From assembly GCF_001194135.2 (NCBI RefSeq), contig NC_068991.1, positions 50,231,640-50,295,639 of the forward strand: a stretch of 64,000 nucleotides of DNA, read 5' to 3'. Both the position numbers and the translations under genes were made by a program. The notes under the pieces were generated by a model. The model had not been told where the DNA came from, did not search any database, and saw only the letters and a program-made list of their open reading frames with translations. This stretch comes from Octopus bimaculoides. Its lineage: Eukaryota. This document shows, piece after piece, positions 11,650 to 25,267 of this stretch. Each line of letters begins with the position of its first letter. The first letter of the stretch is position 1.

Positions 11650-12075
11650 GAAAAAAACGAGATCAACAATGTGTAATCCTCAGTAGGGAGGAGACGTTCG
11701 AGGGCTGCTCATGGGAAAACCCAATAAAAACCATGGGTGCCCTGACTTTCGGGGCAAGTACCTTTTTTCGTTTCCTTTCCTTTTTCTAACTACAGGTGTA
11801 TGCTCAGGGCAGGCCCATTCACTCGTACCATTCTCGCCACTTCCATCTCCCTTTCGGCAAACTGACTAGAAGACAACACTTCTCTCTCTACCCTTGTTTT
11901 CTTTTTCAAGTGAAACTTGAAGAAGTTCATCATGAATTGGCCAAAGAGAAAAGTGTTTGTCTACAGCCCCTTCAATCTCGTCCACCACACATCTTCTTTC
12001 GCGATGGCCACCAAGTATATAAAAACAGCTTTTCCTTCTCGGTTAAAGGAAGGCGATGGGACGATCTTCACGATA
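11650..12075 (-). mobile_element. L1/Tx1-like LINE 3' end (ORF2 C-terminus and 3' UTR)
   Basis: Minus frame reads VFIYLVAIAKEDVWWTRLKGL*TNTFLFGQFMMNFFKFHLKKKTRVEREVLSS, resembling the C-terminal AK..IW..R region of Tx1-type ORF2. Confidence 0.55.
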
Positions 12076-12090
12076 TATGATATTTATTAT

Positions 12091-12306
12091 TGTTTCTACT
12101 CTAGGCACAAGGCCTTGAATTTTTTTGAGAGAAAGGGGCTTGTCGATTACATCGACCCCAGTGTATAACTGGTACTTATTTCATCGATTCCAAAAGGATG
12201 AGAGGTAAAGTCGACCTCAACGGAATTTGAACTCAGAACGTAGCGACAGGCGAAATACCGCTAAGCATTTCGTCCAGCGTGCTAACGATTCTGCCAGCTC
12301 GCCGCC
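12091..12306 (-). mobile_element. SINE family A
   Basis: Reverse complement of GGCGGCGAGCTGGCAGAATCGTTAGCACGCTGGACGAAATGCTTAGCGG.... Confidence 0.9.
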
Positions 12307-12373
12307 TGGGTTTACTGGGCTCCGTATATTTTACCCCAGTGTCACTTTGATGTCATGCACTGCTCACTCACTC

Positions 12374-12443
<70 letters not shown>

Positions 12444-12556
12444 CTTTCAAACTTTGATATAAGGCCAGCAATTTATGGGGAAGGATAAGTCGATCACATG
12501 AACTCCAGTGCTCCAAGATATGGGACTGGTGAAAAGAAAGCCCTTCAATCTAGCAT

Positions 12557-13025
12557 CTCGGATACGAAACGTCGTAACAGAATCAGTGGTGGTTATAATT
12601 TCTATAGAAACTCTGTAGAGATAGCCTTAGCAAGTGATGTAATAGCACTGCTAACACAGTAGAACACAGTAGAACACAGTAGAACACAGTATTGACTTAT
12701 AAAACTTTGTAGTATATTTTGATTGCATAACGAAATACGGTGTCCCTATAGGTCATTAATATTTACCCACCAGCTTCCAGGAGTGTGTTTAATATGTAAA
12801 ATTGGTACATCCAAAAAGGCTACACCGATATATTTAGTAACCATTTAAGTAATGAGTTCGCGAATGGTTAATGGGTTGGATGGATACTGATGAAAAAGCA
12901 AAAACTCCCGAAATATGGCATATACGCCCATTACCCATTTTTCATTTTCGATCTCATCTGGTGTCTCGGATACGAAACCTCAGTGCTGGTTATAATTTCT
13001 GTAGAAAATCTGTAGGCCTTAACAA
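12557..13025. repeat. ~400-bp repeat unit plus the start of a second unit; same family as 36070-36800
   Basis: CTCGGATACGAAAC at 12557 and 12965. GTGCTGGTTATAATTTCT.TAGAAA is also repeated. An internal ACACAGTAGA occurs three times. Confidence 0.65.
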
Positions 13026-13883
13026 GTTCTTAGAGTAATCCAAACGAAGGCTGTGACTGTCATACTTTTTAATTGGTGAAAAATAAATCAACTTGGAATT
13101 GAAATTAAATTGCCGATCCAGCTTTGCGGAATGTCACCTCTGCTACATTTCAGCTTTCTTGTGCAGCAGAAATATTTTTAGAAAATCAAATAAAATGAAA
13201 CCTTTTGCCAAGTATTGTTGAGAAATATTGGTGTTTCATAAAATGGAAATTAAAAATAGGAGTAAACATTCAATTCTTTCCTATTGTTGTTGAATTATCG
13301 ACAAACAACTTATGACAAAACAGAAACTCGTGATAATCAATTCGGAGGAGTCTAAAACGAATAATGAATCAGTTAGAAAACCCTCTTGTCGACTAATCTA
13401 ATTATTTGGAATGTTGCCATGTCAAACACTTATTTGTCTTTAGGTCATACAAAGCTTAATACTTAGCCTCTGGTGTTGGACGAAAAGTTTAAAATATCAT
13501 TGATGATTATACGCCTGAGTAAACTGGTCACGTTAATGATTCTGCATCATCTTTACTGACCTTGTATAGTTTCCATAAACTCATTCTGAGAGCCTCGAAT
13601 GCCGGAGACAATCAGACAACGGAGGAAGAGTCATCAGTTTGTATTCCACCCTTATGCCGTAGATGGAAGAACGGAATAGTATGTATTTCTATATATATTA
13701 ATCCGGGCACTGTATACCCGATAAAGGTTTCGTTAGTTTATTAGTTTTCCCTACCAAATTCAAATGTTTTTATCACTTGGAGAGATCTGGGTCCATCTGC
13801 CTGACTGTTTTTGATACAAGACTTGAATCTAACTGTTATGGGACTCATTCACTTATTTTCCTGACATTATTTTACTGTCTTAG

Positions 13884-14090
13884 TCGGCGAGCTAGCAGAA
13901 TCCTTAGTGCTCTGGGCAAAATGCTCAGTAGCTTTTCTTTAGACTATGAGTTCAAATTCTGCCGAGGTCGACTTTGCCTTTCGTTCTTTCGGGGTCGGTG
14001 AAATAAGGACCAGTTGAACACTGCAGTAGATGCAATCGGCTTATCCCCAACCTATAACTGCTGATCTTGTGACAAAATTTGAAATCACTA
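13884..14090 (+). mobile_element. SINE family A
   Basis: GGCGAGCTAGCAGAATCCTTAG...GAGTTCAAATTCTGCCGAGGTCGACTTTGCC. Confidence 0.9.
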
Positions 14091-14529
14091 TTTTACTGTT
14101 TTCACACTTTCATTTGTTGTTATTTACCAAAATTTCATGGTCTTTTACTTAATATGAGTTGATATGTAACTTTGACAGCGAATATTTTCTTGTCTACAAC
14201 TCCATAGTTTGGCTGTATATTTCCGACTGATTTTCTCTCTTACCACTCTACAATATCTGAGCAACAGTTTTATATACGGATCCATCTCTACGAAGGAAAT
14301 ATACCAGCTGCAGCTAATCTCGCAAGACATATTGTCGATACTGATGCATAAATATTCGTGTATTAAAGCTGTAAACAATCTAATATGAAAATTAAAGTTA
14401 TTTTTAATGAAATCATGATTAACATAATTTATACAAGAATCGTAGTAGGAATAATTTTAAGAATTAAGTAAAAAAAAAATGTATCAATTATAACTGGATT
14501 GCCAGGTATAATATGCCGTCCCGGGAAGC

Positions 14530-14822
14530 ACAATAAAAAAAGTGTCAGGCCCCAATCCGTGTTATGATTATGGAAGCCTACAGTACAAAAAGGATTGTCC
14601 TTTTAAAAACAAGTGCTATAGCTGTCAGAAGCTGGGACACAGAAGTTCTCATTGTAGAACAAGAGCACGAGGCTCAAACACAAAAAGTTCTCAGGTGTTT
14701 TCAGCGGAGAGTGAATGCAACGGAAAAACAAGAAAATTCGTGCGCGTAAAAATAAATGATGTGAATACCAAATTACAGTTAGACACGGGTAGTGACATCT
14801 CGATTATAAATGCGGATTCTAA
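14530..14822 (+). pseudogene. Ty3/Gypsy gag zinc knuckles and aspartic protease remnant
   Basis: CYDYGSLQYKKDC and CYSCQKLGHRSSHC (CX2CX4HX4C), then VRVKINDVNTKLQLDTGSDISIIN (retropepsin LDTG). Truncated by (TA)n(GA)n at 14835-14946. Confidence 0.8.
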
Positions 14823-14831
14823 AATAAATGA

Positions 14832-15495
<664 letters not shown>

Positions 15496-15962
15496 TATAT
15501 TTTTNNNNNNNNNNNNNNNNNNNNNNNNNNNNNNNNNNNNNNNNNNNNNNNNNNNNNNNNNNNNNNNNNNNNNNNNNNNNNNNNNNNNNNNNNNNNNNNN
15601 NNNNNNNNNNNNNNNNNNNNNNNNNNNNNNNNNNNNNNNNNNNNNNNNNNNNNNNNNNNNNNNNNNNNNNNNNNNNNNNNNNNNNNNNNNNNNNNNNNNN
15701 NNNNNNNNNNNNNNNNNNNNNNNNNNNNNNNNNNNNNNNNNNNNNNNNNNNNNNNNNNNNNNNNNNNNNNNNNNNNNNNNNNNNNNNNNNNNNNNNNNNN
15801 NNNNNNNNNNNNNNNNNNNNNNNNNNNNNNNNNNNNNNNNNNNNNNNNNNNNNNNNNNNNNNNNNNNNNNNNNNNNNNNNNNNNNNNNNNNNNNNNNNNN
15901 NNNNNNNNNNNNNNNNNNNNNNNNNNNNNNNNNNNNNNNNNNNNNNNNNNNNNNNNNNNNNN

Positions 15963-16540
15963 GATACACGATAATCTCCACCTTATAGGCTATATCTTAG
16001 AAAGGGTAAATAAGATTCCTGGCAAAGGTTGGTTCATTTGATAGAGTAGCCTTTGATAGAGTAGACCATCTGGCGGCGGTCCTCGAGGCGGCCGGTTTTG
16101 GCGCGACATTCTGCGGCTGGATCAACGCTTTATATAGCAACATCAAGTCGATAGTTCAGCTGAACGGTTCCTTTTCGGAGCCGTTCAATATCGAACGCTC
16201 GGTTCGTCAAGGTTGTCCACTCTCGCCCCTGCTGTATGTATTGGTTCTCGAGCTACTACTGCCAAGATTGGAGGCTACGAGTGGAGATCCGCAAGATCTA
16301 GGGTATGGAAAGTCAGTCGCAGCATATACGGACAATATCACTGTCGTCGTATCTAGAGACCAGGACCTACAGAGGGTAGGTGAGGCCATGAAGGATTACG
16401 AAGCGGTGCCAGGAGCAAGAATTAATCGAGATAAGTCGGTGGGCATGTAGCTCGGCACCTGGAGAAGCAAAACAATGTCGTCCAACAGCGTTATCGGACG
16501 CTGGACAGACGGTTCGGTGAAAATGCATGGAGTCTGGTTT
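15963..16540 (+). pseudogene. L1/Tx1-clade reverse transcriptase fragment
   Basis: IHDNLHLIGYILERV, AFDRVDH.LAAVLEAAGFG..FCGWINALYS, SVRQGCPLSPLLYVLVLE, AAYTDNITV (decayed YADD), GARINRDKSVG. Confidence 0.9.
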
Positions 16541-16879
16541 AATCACTCTTTACAGAGTGAACCACTACTTCACCCGTTAACACCGCTTAACTAACTCGCT
16601 AATCCGATCTCTGTAAGCTTGATGCACCTACAATAACGCAGTCAGCTTCCAGTTATTGGGTCCTTGCCTATAAAAACCTATCTAGACGGACCGTTCATAT
16701 CACAAATTTGTGTTCTGTATAGTCGATGACTTTAAATTGTGGTCAATCTATTTATATCTACTGGTCTATAGAATTATCTACTTAGATACGATCTGAACGA
16801 CCCGATGCAGAGTGCTCATATTCATATTAGTACATTTGGGAAAGTCAGTGGGAACTGGTCAGATAGTTGTGAGCACTTA

Positions 16880-17210
16880 AGCAGATTTGTGAGGATCTTG
16901 CACTCCTCTCTCCTATCGGCTGTCCCACAGTCCCATCACCCTTCCACTTTTCCACTAACACTGGGTAGGATGTTCCCAAGAAAGACTTTAGATGCTAAAT
17001 CTGGGTGCTTGCTCTCTATTGGGACGTAGACGGTTACTAGTTGGAAGATATGGATTTCGCTGTTGGTCATCTCCAGCAGCTTCAGCTTATTCACTATGTC
17101 TAGGAAAATTGAGATCGAAATCCTTCAAAAAACGATTTCACCTCCCGATATTGGTCAACTTGGAAAAGAGAACTCCACGCAGCCATTCCACTCTCCTTAA
17201 AATCTACAAT
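16880..17210 (-). pseudogene. Decayed L1/Tx1 AP-endonuclease fragment
   Basis: Minus frame FLDIVNKLKLLEMTNSEIHIFQLVTVYVP...VFLG resembles the APE G.LV.LD....FRLV.VYAP region. Confidence 0.4.
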
Positions 17211-18669
17211 GAATTCTAACATAAGCACAAGACCAGAATTTGGTGGGAGGAGTTGATTATATCGACCACAGTATTTGCCTGGTATATAACAATTTCTTTT
17301 ATTTTGCCACCATTCTTACACACAAAAGAGTTGAATGAAGATACGAAGCATATGGAGACTTAGAACAAAGTTGAATCAAAACCAATGAGAGGTTGGGGTG
17401 ACAGATGCGTTTTACATTACATTGACGTAAACAAATTTCAGGTAACAAAAATAATTGGATTGTTCCTTGAAATATAGATGTAACTACAAAATACGTAATT
17501 TAAAAGAAACGACAAATACAAATTAACTTTCTCCTGTCTGGTTTTCCTCGAAGCACCGACCGTTTGTGCTCTTGAAATAATTGTAACAGCAGCAGTCATG
17601 ATCTTTACATCTAGGACTGATGTTGTTGCTATTTCAGTTACTGATTATCACCACACTCTCCCTTTCAGCTTTTCCATTTAATTTCGCTAGTTTTTGTTGT
17701 TATATCTCGGGAGGATCATTGTGCCAGTAATAAACACTCACATGCACAGGTTCTATTTCACTTCTTTTATTATTAATCGATTCGTTAACATTTTAATCAA
17801 TTAACTAATCGAGTGATTGATTAATCGTTCACTCTATCAATCAATCAGGTTTGTTAATGTCCTTTCGTCGTCATTCACGACCTCATCAATGACATGTCCT
17901 TTCGACTACAGGTCTACTTCAGGTCCTGCTTGTTTTCAACTCCTTTCCATTGTTTATCATCTTTCCAAGGAGTTTCAAGTGTATTAGCGTTTGTATGTTG
18001 ATTTTTCCTCCATTCTTTCGTTAGGTTCTATGTTTCTACTCCATAAACCATCGTTGAAATAACTCAACAGGGAAATATCTTGTATTTAAAAACGGAACTT
18101 GCCCACTCAAGTTCCCTGTGATTAGCCAAGGAAGCGTAGCAAGGGGCTTCACCTCGACTAAATTTTCTCGACGAAAATAACACAATGTTCAAATTAGAAA
18201 TATAATTAAATACTAGCTTTCTCAACGTGAAATATTAAATCACAGTATGATCAATAAGGAGGCGTTCGGCAAGCGATAGATGCGTGTTTCAAGTACCATC
18301 AGTGGGCCTGCTAGTCATTTTACGTATGGAGCTGAAGAATGCAACGTCTGATGTCATTTTAGACTGAAAATTGTAACATTTTATTCATAATTTCACCAGC
18401 AATGGAACTGAGGTGGTGCACAATGCCCTGTTAGACATCAATGCGTATGTAACTATATCATTGTGCTATATTATGATCAATTATCTGAAGAAGATAAAAA
18501 TAACCCACTTAAAAAGTAGCAAAGAAAATAGATTTACATATTGAGAATTGTATGTGTGAGTAGTTATGCCGTTGTACTGCGATCGGTAAAGCTGTCAGCC
18601 TACAGGTGATAGCGACCTTGTTCGTGTCCCGTTATGAAGTTTCTTGGTCTGTCCTGCTTCTATATTCAT

Positions 18670-18839
18670 ATGCATATAGATATACACACGCACACGCACA
18701 CACATATAGAAACATACATGCTTGCAAGCATACATACATACATACATACATATATAATACATATATGTGTACATATATATACATCTGTTTCTATATGTAT
18801 ATATATATATGTATATATATATGTATATATTTATATGTG

Positions 18840-18900
<61 letters not shown>

Positions 18901-19169
18901 NNNNNNNNNNNNNNNNNNNNNNNNNNNNNNNNNNNNNNNNNNNNNNNNNNNNNNNNNNNNNNNNNNNNNNNNNNNNNNNNNNNNNNNNNNNNNNNNNNNN
19001 NNNNNNNNNNNNNNNNNNNNNNNNNNNNNNNNNNNNNNNNNNNNNNNNNNNNNNNNNNNNNNNNNNNNNNNNNNNNNNNNNNNNNNNNNNNNNNNNNNNN
19101 NNNNNNNNNNNNNNNNNNNNNNNNNNNNNNNNNNNNNNNNNNNNNNNNNNNNNNNNNNNNNNNNNNNNN

Positions 19170-19242
<73 letters not shown>
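18670..19242. repeat. (CA)/(CATA)/(TA)n, gap, then (TG)n microsatellite block
   Basis: Seen directly. Confidence 0.95.
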
Positions 19243-19244
<2 letters not shown>

Positions 19245-19764
19245 ACCAGTAGACACCTACACACGCACAAACACCTATGCATCCACAAGTATGTCTACAG
19301 ATATCTCGGCAAAGGATGTTTTAAATGTATCCACACATAACACTTCCTTTGTCTAGAAATCTGTAATCGATAAATGAGAGATCAATGTTTTCCTTTTCTA
19401 ATAATGTAGTTGCTCGGAGGAGGCTGGCAGAAAGCAACATGATGCCATCTATAGATTTATCACCAAATATAGAACTGTAGCAATATCGAAGACAACACTA
19501 TATAGACAATATATCGCTTCTCTTTCTCACAGTCACTCTTTTCTATTGATTTAGTTTCTATATTTTCCTCGTAATTATCCATCCTTTCGTTGTTTATACA
19601 ACAATGTTTCATGAGATGGATTTCGGGCCATCCAAAGGATTTACATCAAATATCTACGTCCATATGTATAAATGTTTGTTTTCTTTGAGATTCAAATAAT
19701 TTTTTTCCTTTACAGAATTCAAGCCGATCATCATCAAAGTGGGAAAGCCCTTTTGTTTAAATGA

Positions 19765-19803
19765 AGGCAGCACTTGGGGTTTATGGTTATCTAAATTGGT
19801 TGC

Positions 19804-19846
<43 letters not shown>

Positions 19847-19980
19847 ATATATGTGCGCGTGTGAATAAACTTGCACTCTGGGAGTTTGTGGTTATCTAAA
19901 TTGGTTGGTGTGTGTGTGTATATGTGTACATATGTGTGTGTGTGTATCTATGTGCACATATGAATAACCTTGCACTCGTG
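19765..19980. repeat. Two-copy ~105-bp tandem duplication with embedded (TG)n
   Basis: GGTTATCTAAATTGGTT at 19785 and 19890; GAATAA.CTTGCACTC is also repeated. Confidence 0.85.
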
Positions 19981-20099
19981 CAGTGAGTGTTCATGTCAGG
20001 TTAACATACAAGTATGTGTGTGTCTTATTATTGTTTATATGTATGCTTCTACGTATATTTAATCTGTGTATGATTATGTGCATGTGTGCGGCCCACAAG

Positions 20100-20690
20100 C
20101 CTCAGATGTAGAATCACGAGAACGTTTTGCAAATGTTCCCGCTACAAACCAATCGATTGCATTTGGTGAATGTAAATTCATTTGCAGTGTCTTTTTTTCT
20201 TTCTAGAAAATCCTAACTTTTCTAGTTTTTTTTTTTGTTTTCTTTTTTACAGATTTGTTATGTAACCCTGTACACAATGATAACAGCAAATGAAAATCTA
20301 TTGCCTGGATATAGAGCCTGTAGTATTTTCTTTAGTCCTCTACCAGTGCCTGACGTTTGCTCTTTGTCCAATACACTAATATATGGCATGCTGTGATTAC
20401 ACAGGCTTTTAAAAGATGTTAATATATTCTGGCTCAGGAGTATCTCTGGTTGGCAGTCAGCGCAATCCTTCATGCGTATAGCATTGCAAACGGTTTCAGT
20501 GACAATGCCATGTCCGTGAGAAGGTACCTTGTAGACATTTTTAAACAGCTTCTGATGTGATGTGTTCCACAATGATATGGCATAAACGACATTTTAACAC
20601 AATATGGAGATCTAGTGGCATCCTCATCGCTTTTGCTTCTCAGTTATTTTATAGCAATCTCCTGTTTCTGGATATACACGCATACATGTA
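20100..20690 (-). mobile_element. RLE-type LINE fragment, subfamily ii
   Basis: Minus strand reads IQKQEIAIK*LRSK...KCRLCHIIVEHI, and later LEKLGFS. Homologous to 56530-56940, 58455-59800 and 63150-63830. Confidence 0.7.
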
Positions 20691-21215
20691 CTTGTATTAT
20701 ACAACTATATTTTATTTATATTCATGCTACAATTTTTTTTGAAAATTGCAGAGCTGCGTCCTAAATAATTTGCTGTATTCACCTTCCTTAAAATTTGGTG
20801 CTCAACTTATATCGTGGCTCAAATTTCCTTTCATCATTCTTAAATCAACTCTACTCTTCTTTCAAAACGTGTCCTCTCCAAAAATTGATCACTTCTGGCT
20901 TGGTAGAATCGTTAGAGGATTGAATTAAATATTTGCGTTATTTAGTTAGATTACGAGTTGAATTCAAAGACATCGGAGGCTTAAATTCAAAAGTTCACCT
21001 TTCCGATGTTGACGAAATATGTTCCAACGAAGTCGTACTTTAATCGACTTAAAAAGATTATATCTAGCCTCCGCTATAAGTCGCATTGTTTCCATGCTGA
21101 TAATTATTAATGTAATTAATGCAAAAAAATTATGTCAGCGCTGAAACGAAATCTGGCAGCTTTTGTTTGTCTTTAACTGGTTAAAAATAACATTTTCTGA
21201 CAGTCATATGCTTGT

Positions 21216-21399
21216 GGCATTTCTTTTGGTTCTTTACGTTTTGAGCTCAACTTTGCGTTTCATTCTTTCAGGGTCGATAAGTAGCAGTTGAACACTGGGA
21301 TCCATGTAACCGATTAAACCCTTCCTTTGAAGTTACTGGCCTTGTGATGAAATTTAAAACTATTATCATTATTATCATTATTATTATTATTATCATTAC

Positions 21400-21430
<31 letters not shown>

Positions 21431-21647
21431 GTTATTATTATTATTATTAAAGACGGCAAGCTAGCAGAATCGTTAGTGCGCCGGACGAAATGCTTAGCGG
21501 TATTTCGCCTGTCGCTACATTCTGAGGTTAAATTCCGCCAAGGTCGACTTTACCTTTTATCCTTTCGGGGTCGATAAGATAAGTACCAGCCGAACACTGG
21601 GGTCTATGTTATCGATTCATCCCCTCCCCCAAAATTGCCACCCTTAT
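21216..21647 (+). mobile_element. Two SINE family A copies separated by (ATT)n (21361-21448)
   Basis: A diverged 3' half at 21216-21360, then a full copy from ~21452 (GACGGCAAGCTAGCAGAATCGTTAG). Confidence 0.85.
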
Positions 21648-21935
21648 GNNNNNNNNNNNNNNNNNNNNNNNNNNNNNNNNNNNNNNNNNNNNNNNNNNNN
21701 NNNNNNNNNNNNNNNNNNNNNNNNNNNNNNNNNNNNNNNNNNNNNNNNNNNNNNNNNNNNNNNNNNNNNNNNNNNNNNNNNNNNNNNNNNNNNNNNNNNN
21801 NNNNNNNNNNNNNNNNNNNNNNNNNNNNNNNNNNNNNNNNNNNNNNNNNNNNNNNNNNNNNNNNNNNNNNNNNNNNNNNNNNNNNNNNNNNNNNNNNNNN
21901 NNNNNNNNNNNNNNNNNNNNNNNNNNNNNNNNNNN

Positions 21936-22292
21936 CTACTATGATAGGAATTGTTTCTGTTTTTAGATTCCACATTCGAGTTATCTCTATTTCCAGGTCT
22001 TTGTATTTTGAAAGTTTTTCCATTTCTTTTAGAGAAACGTTGTCATCTGCTGGTATTGATACATCAATTAGAAAGCATTTTTTTTCTTCATGATCTTTGA
22101 CAACTATATCTGGTCTATTTGCCTTAATTTCTCTATCTGTGTGTATTGGCATATCCCAGAGTATGGTTGCTTTCTCGTTTTCTGTGACCTTTTCTGGCGT
22201 GTGTTTATACCAACTTTTTTCTGTTGTTATTCCATAATGTTGGCATAGTTTCCAGTGTATATAGGTCCCAGCTCTGTCGTGTCTGTGAATCA
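21936..22292 (-). mobile_element. RLE-type non-LTR retrotransposon endonuclease domain (R4/Dong-like), frame intact up to the gap
   Basis: RHDRAGTYIHWKLCQHYGITTEKSWYKHTPEKVTENEKATILWDMPIHTDREIKANRPDIVVKDHEEKKCFLIDVSIPADDNVSLKEMEKLSKYKDLEIEITRMWNLKTETIPIIV. Confidence 0.9.
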
Positions 22293-22617
22293 GTTCCATG
22301 CGTATTTCTACCACTCCACTAGATGCGTCTACCAGAGGTGTGAGCTTCATTATCTTATGAAGGGGTAAAATTGTGTTGCTGTAAGATTTGCTTTGTTTCT
22401 AGTGTTAATTTTAATGCTTTGTCTGATTGTTAGGCAGAGAATAAGCTGTTCAAATTTTATGATGTATTTTAAGTGTCGGTCGTGATTGCGTCGAGTATGA
22501 GCGACATGGGTTGTGCTCTATGATTGGATAGCGATAGTGTGAAGTAGTGATTATTAGACTTGTTGTATGCAATATCAAAGAGTCGATAGGTTGAGATATG
22601 CTATTGAATGGTACTCA

Positions 22618-22735
22618 GTGGCTGTGTGGTAAGTAGCTTGCTTACCAACCACATGGCTCCGGTTTCNNNNNNNNNNAGGCGGTGCTCCAGCATGGCTGCT
22701 GTCAAATGACTGAAACAAGAAAAAGAGTAAAAGAG
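22618..22735 (+). mobile_element. SINE family B with an internal assembly gap
   Basis: GTGGCTGTGTGGTAAGTAGCTTGCTTACCAACCACATGG...AGGCGGTGCTCCAGCATGGC. Confidence 0.85.
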
Positions 22736-22749
22736 CATATGAAGCGTTG

Positions 22750-23250
22750 AGTTCCGTTATTCTATTGAGCCATGATTGTTTAGGAATTGTATGTCTTATG
22801 CTATTTACAAGGACACTGGTGCTGCATCATGAACTGCCAACGTCGTCTTTGTATTTTATTTCTCAGAGAATGGTAAAATATGTATCAGCAAATACTTGCT
22901 TTCGACTAGGAAATGTTAGCCTACAATTGAACAAGCATCTATTTACTATGCAAACCATGTGTTCGGTTTCTTATTTGTATCTTCATCAAGATTCGTGTTG
23001 TTTTCTTCTTATGTGTATCTATCCAATGGTTATCGCGAAATTGAATTGGAGTGCCATAATCACGTTATTCATCTTTCTGCACAGTCTTGAAACTTTAGTC
23101 ATAAGAAAATGTTAATATCTCGTCAATCGAATAAGTTTTAATGCCGTATCCTGTTGTGACAAGCAAGACGCATAGTGCCAATTCATCACCTGAAGTAAAT
23201 CATAGATTCGATATATAAGTGGACTTGGTTTGCGGACCGAACGTCTAGGA
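22750..23250 (-). pseudogene. Possible highly decayed Tc1/mariner-superfamily transposase
   Basis: Minus peptides NTWFA**IDACSIVG*HF and VHDAAP recall NVW..I....IGP.FF and QDGAP motifs, with many stops. Confidence 0.25.
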
Positions 23251-23979
23251 ACATAACCCACTCCCTCATTCTGCGGTGATCTCATACGTATAACAGGTGA
23301 AAAGCAGAAATTTCACAAGAATATTTGGTGAAATTAGGTTCGATGCAATTTACTTCCTATGCAATAATTTTTTCTCCAAATTCCATCAGTAGAAATTATT
23401 ACTTTAACAAACCTAATTTTCTTACGCCTTATAATATTTCCTTTCCATTTTGTTTTCTGGCTATTCTTGCGCAAATTATCATACAATCTCTTTATATGAT
23501 ATTTTCCATGTAAATTATTCAAATCGGAAATTAAAATAATTAAAAACGATTAAACAATGCAACTGTGTCTATTTTAACTTCTCTCAGTAATGTTGGATTG
23601 AAAAAAGTTTTTCGTCTTTAATTATAATATTGTGATGTCATGAACTAAATGAAGATGGTGTTTTTGCTAACATATTACCCGACAAAACTAGATGATGTAG
23701 TTTTCAGAGTTATTAATACAACCTGAAATGTCTGTCCTTTAGCAATCTTAACGGTCCTCACTTTCGCATTTGTGTTTATAACATTTTATTCCTGTTTAAT
23801 TAGTTTGTTTGAAGACTGGAAATTAAAAATTAATTTCTATCCAATCAGACTTTTTTTTTATTATTCTTATTATTTCACTTTGGTGAGTTTTAAGTTCTCT
23901 TACTTTACAGTTATTTTATTTCTGTCTTTCAGCTGTTCTATAATTAACAGCATCATTGTCAACGTTATCATTCTGTAAA

Positions 23980-24155
23980 GTGGTGAGCTGTCAGAATCGT
24001 TAGCACGCTGGACGAAATGCTTAGCGGCATTTCAGCCGTCTTTACGTTCTGAGTTCAAATTCTGCTGAGGTCGATTTTACCTTTTATCTTTTCGGGGTCA
24101 TCGTCTTACACCCTCTCCCTAAATTGCTGGTCGTGTACCAAAAGTTGAAATCAAT
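23980..24155 (+). mobile_element. SINE family A
   Basis: GTGGTGAGCTGTCAGAATCGTTAGCACGCTGGACGAAATGCTTAGCGGC. Confidence 0.9.
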
Positions 24156-24346
24156 ATTTTTCACTCTGTGATTGGTTTATTTGAATGATAGAAGCTACAA
24201 ACAATAAGGCTGGATGTTTTATAGCGTTTTGTTTCGCCCCACTCCATTCAATGTTCAAATCATGTCGGGAAAATGTTGATCCTAGCTAGTGTTAAGAATG
24301 TTATAAACGTCGCAACGTTTGAAAATTATCTGCTTCCTCAAAGGAA

Positions 24347-24375
24347 TTCTTCTTCTTCTTCTTCTTCTTCTTCTT

Positions 24376-24458
<83 letters not shown>
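24347..24458. repeat. (TTC)n-(TAC)n-(TAT)n compound microsatellite
   Basis: Seen directly. Confidence 0.95.
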
Positions 24459-24460
<2 letters not shown>

Positions 24461-25267
24461 AGATGACAAAGAAAAAATATCCTATACCCGGTTAATATTA
24501 TTCTAGAGGTAAGATCGGCAGGTGTAATGTGAGAGAGTAGCTACAAATTCATTTACAGTTTTGAGATAAGGAAATTTTTATTTTGAGCGAAAGGTAGTTA
24601 TTGCTTAGTTTTCCCTGTCTCTGAGGAATTACTTTCTTTAACTTGAATTCTTAATACGTTTTGTCAGATTCGAATAGGAATATGCAAAAAGCTTCTGTAT
24701 TCGTCAATGGAGAACACACGTCGTCTGAAAGGAGAAGTTGTTGTTCAATGATAAAATACAGCAACGATTAGCATATTCACGTCCGAATCTGACAGAACGT
24801 ATTAAGAATGAATATGTAAGACATCGTTTTGATTTTCGCTGTTCACCGTGCACATAACGACTTGTTATTTCCAGGACATTCTCAAAAATGACAACATTTT
24901 ATGCTGTAAATATCACAAAGAGCAAATCGATCACATTCTTCGTTGTAGTTTGAGCAGGTTCATAAATATACAGAATAGACGTGGTACATCGAACAGATAT
25001 GAATACTAGAAAGATGCTAATGTTACAACACTGCTACATAAATCAACGCAAATATATATACAACAAACACATCACAGTTATATATTAACAGAGAATGTGG
25101 CTGTACAGAATGAATCAGAGATGAAAGTAAACTGTCATACATTTATATTTGTATAAAGGTAGTTCAATGTCAGCAAATGAAAATATCTTTTTTTTCTGAA
25201 GAAACTGTTTTAACATAAAAACGTGAAAATGAAGATACATAAAAATATGATAGTAAAAATGTATAAT

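Noticed and set aside
11761-11800. Strong acceptor TTTCCTTTCCTTTTTCTAACTACAG|GTGTAT
   Set aside because: It lies in the antisense 3' region of an L1/Tx1 remnant, and GTGTAT is a poor donor.
20225-20255. Very strong + strand acceptor TTTTTTTTTTTGTTTTCTTTTTTACAG
   Set aside because: It is the antisense of an A-rich stretch inside an RLE LINE fragment, with no donor fused to it and no sensible exon.
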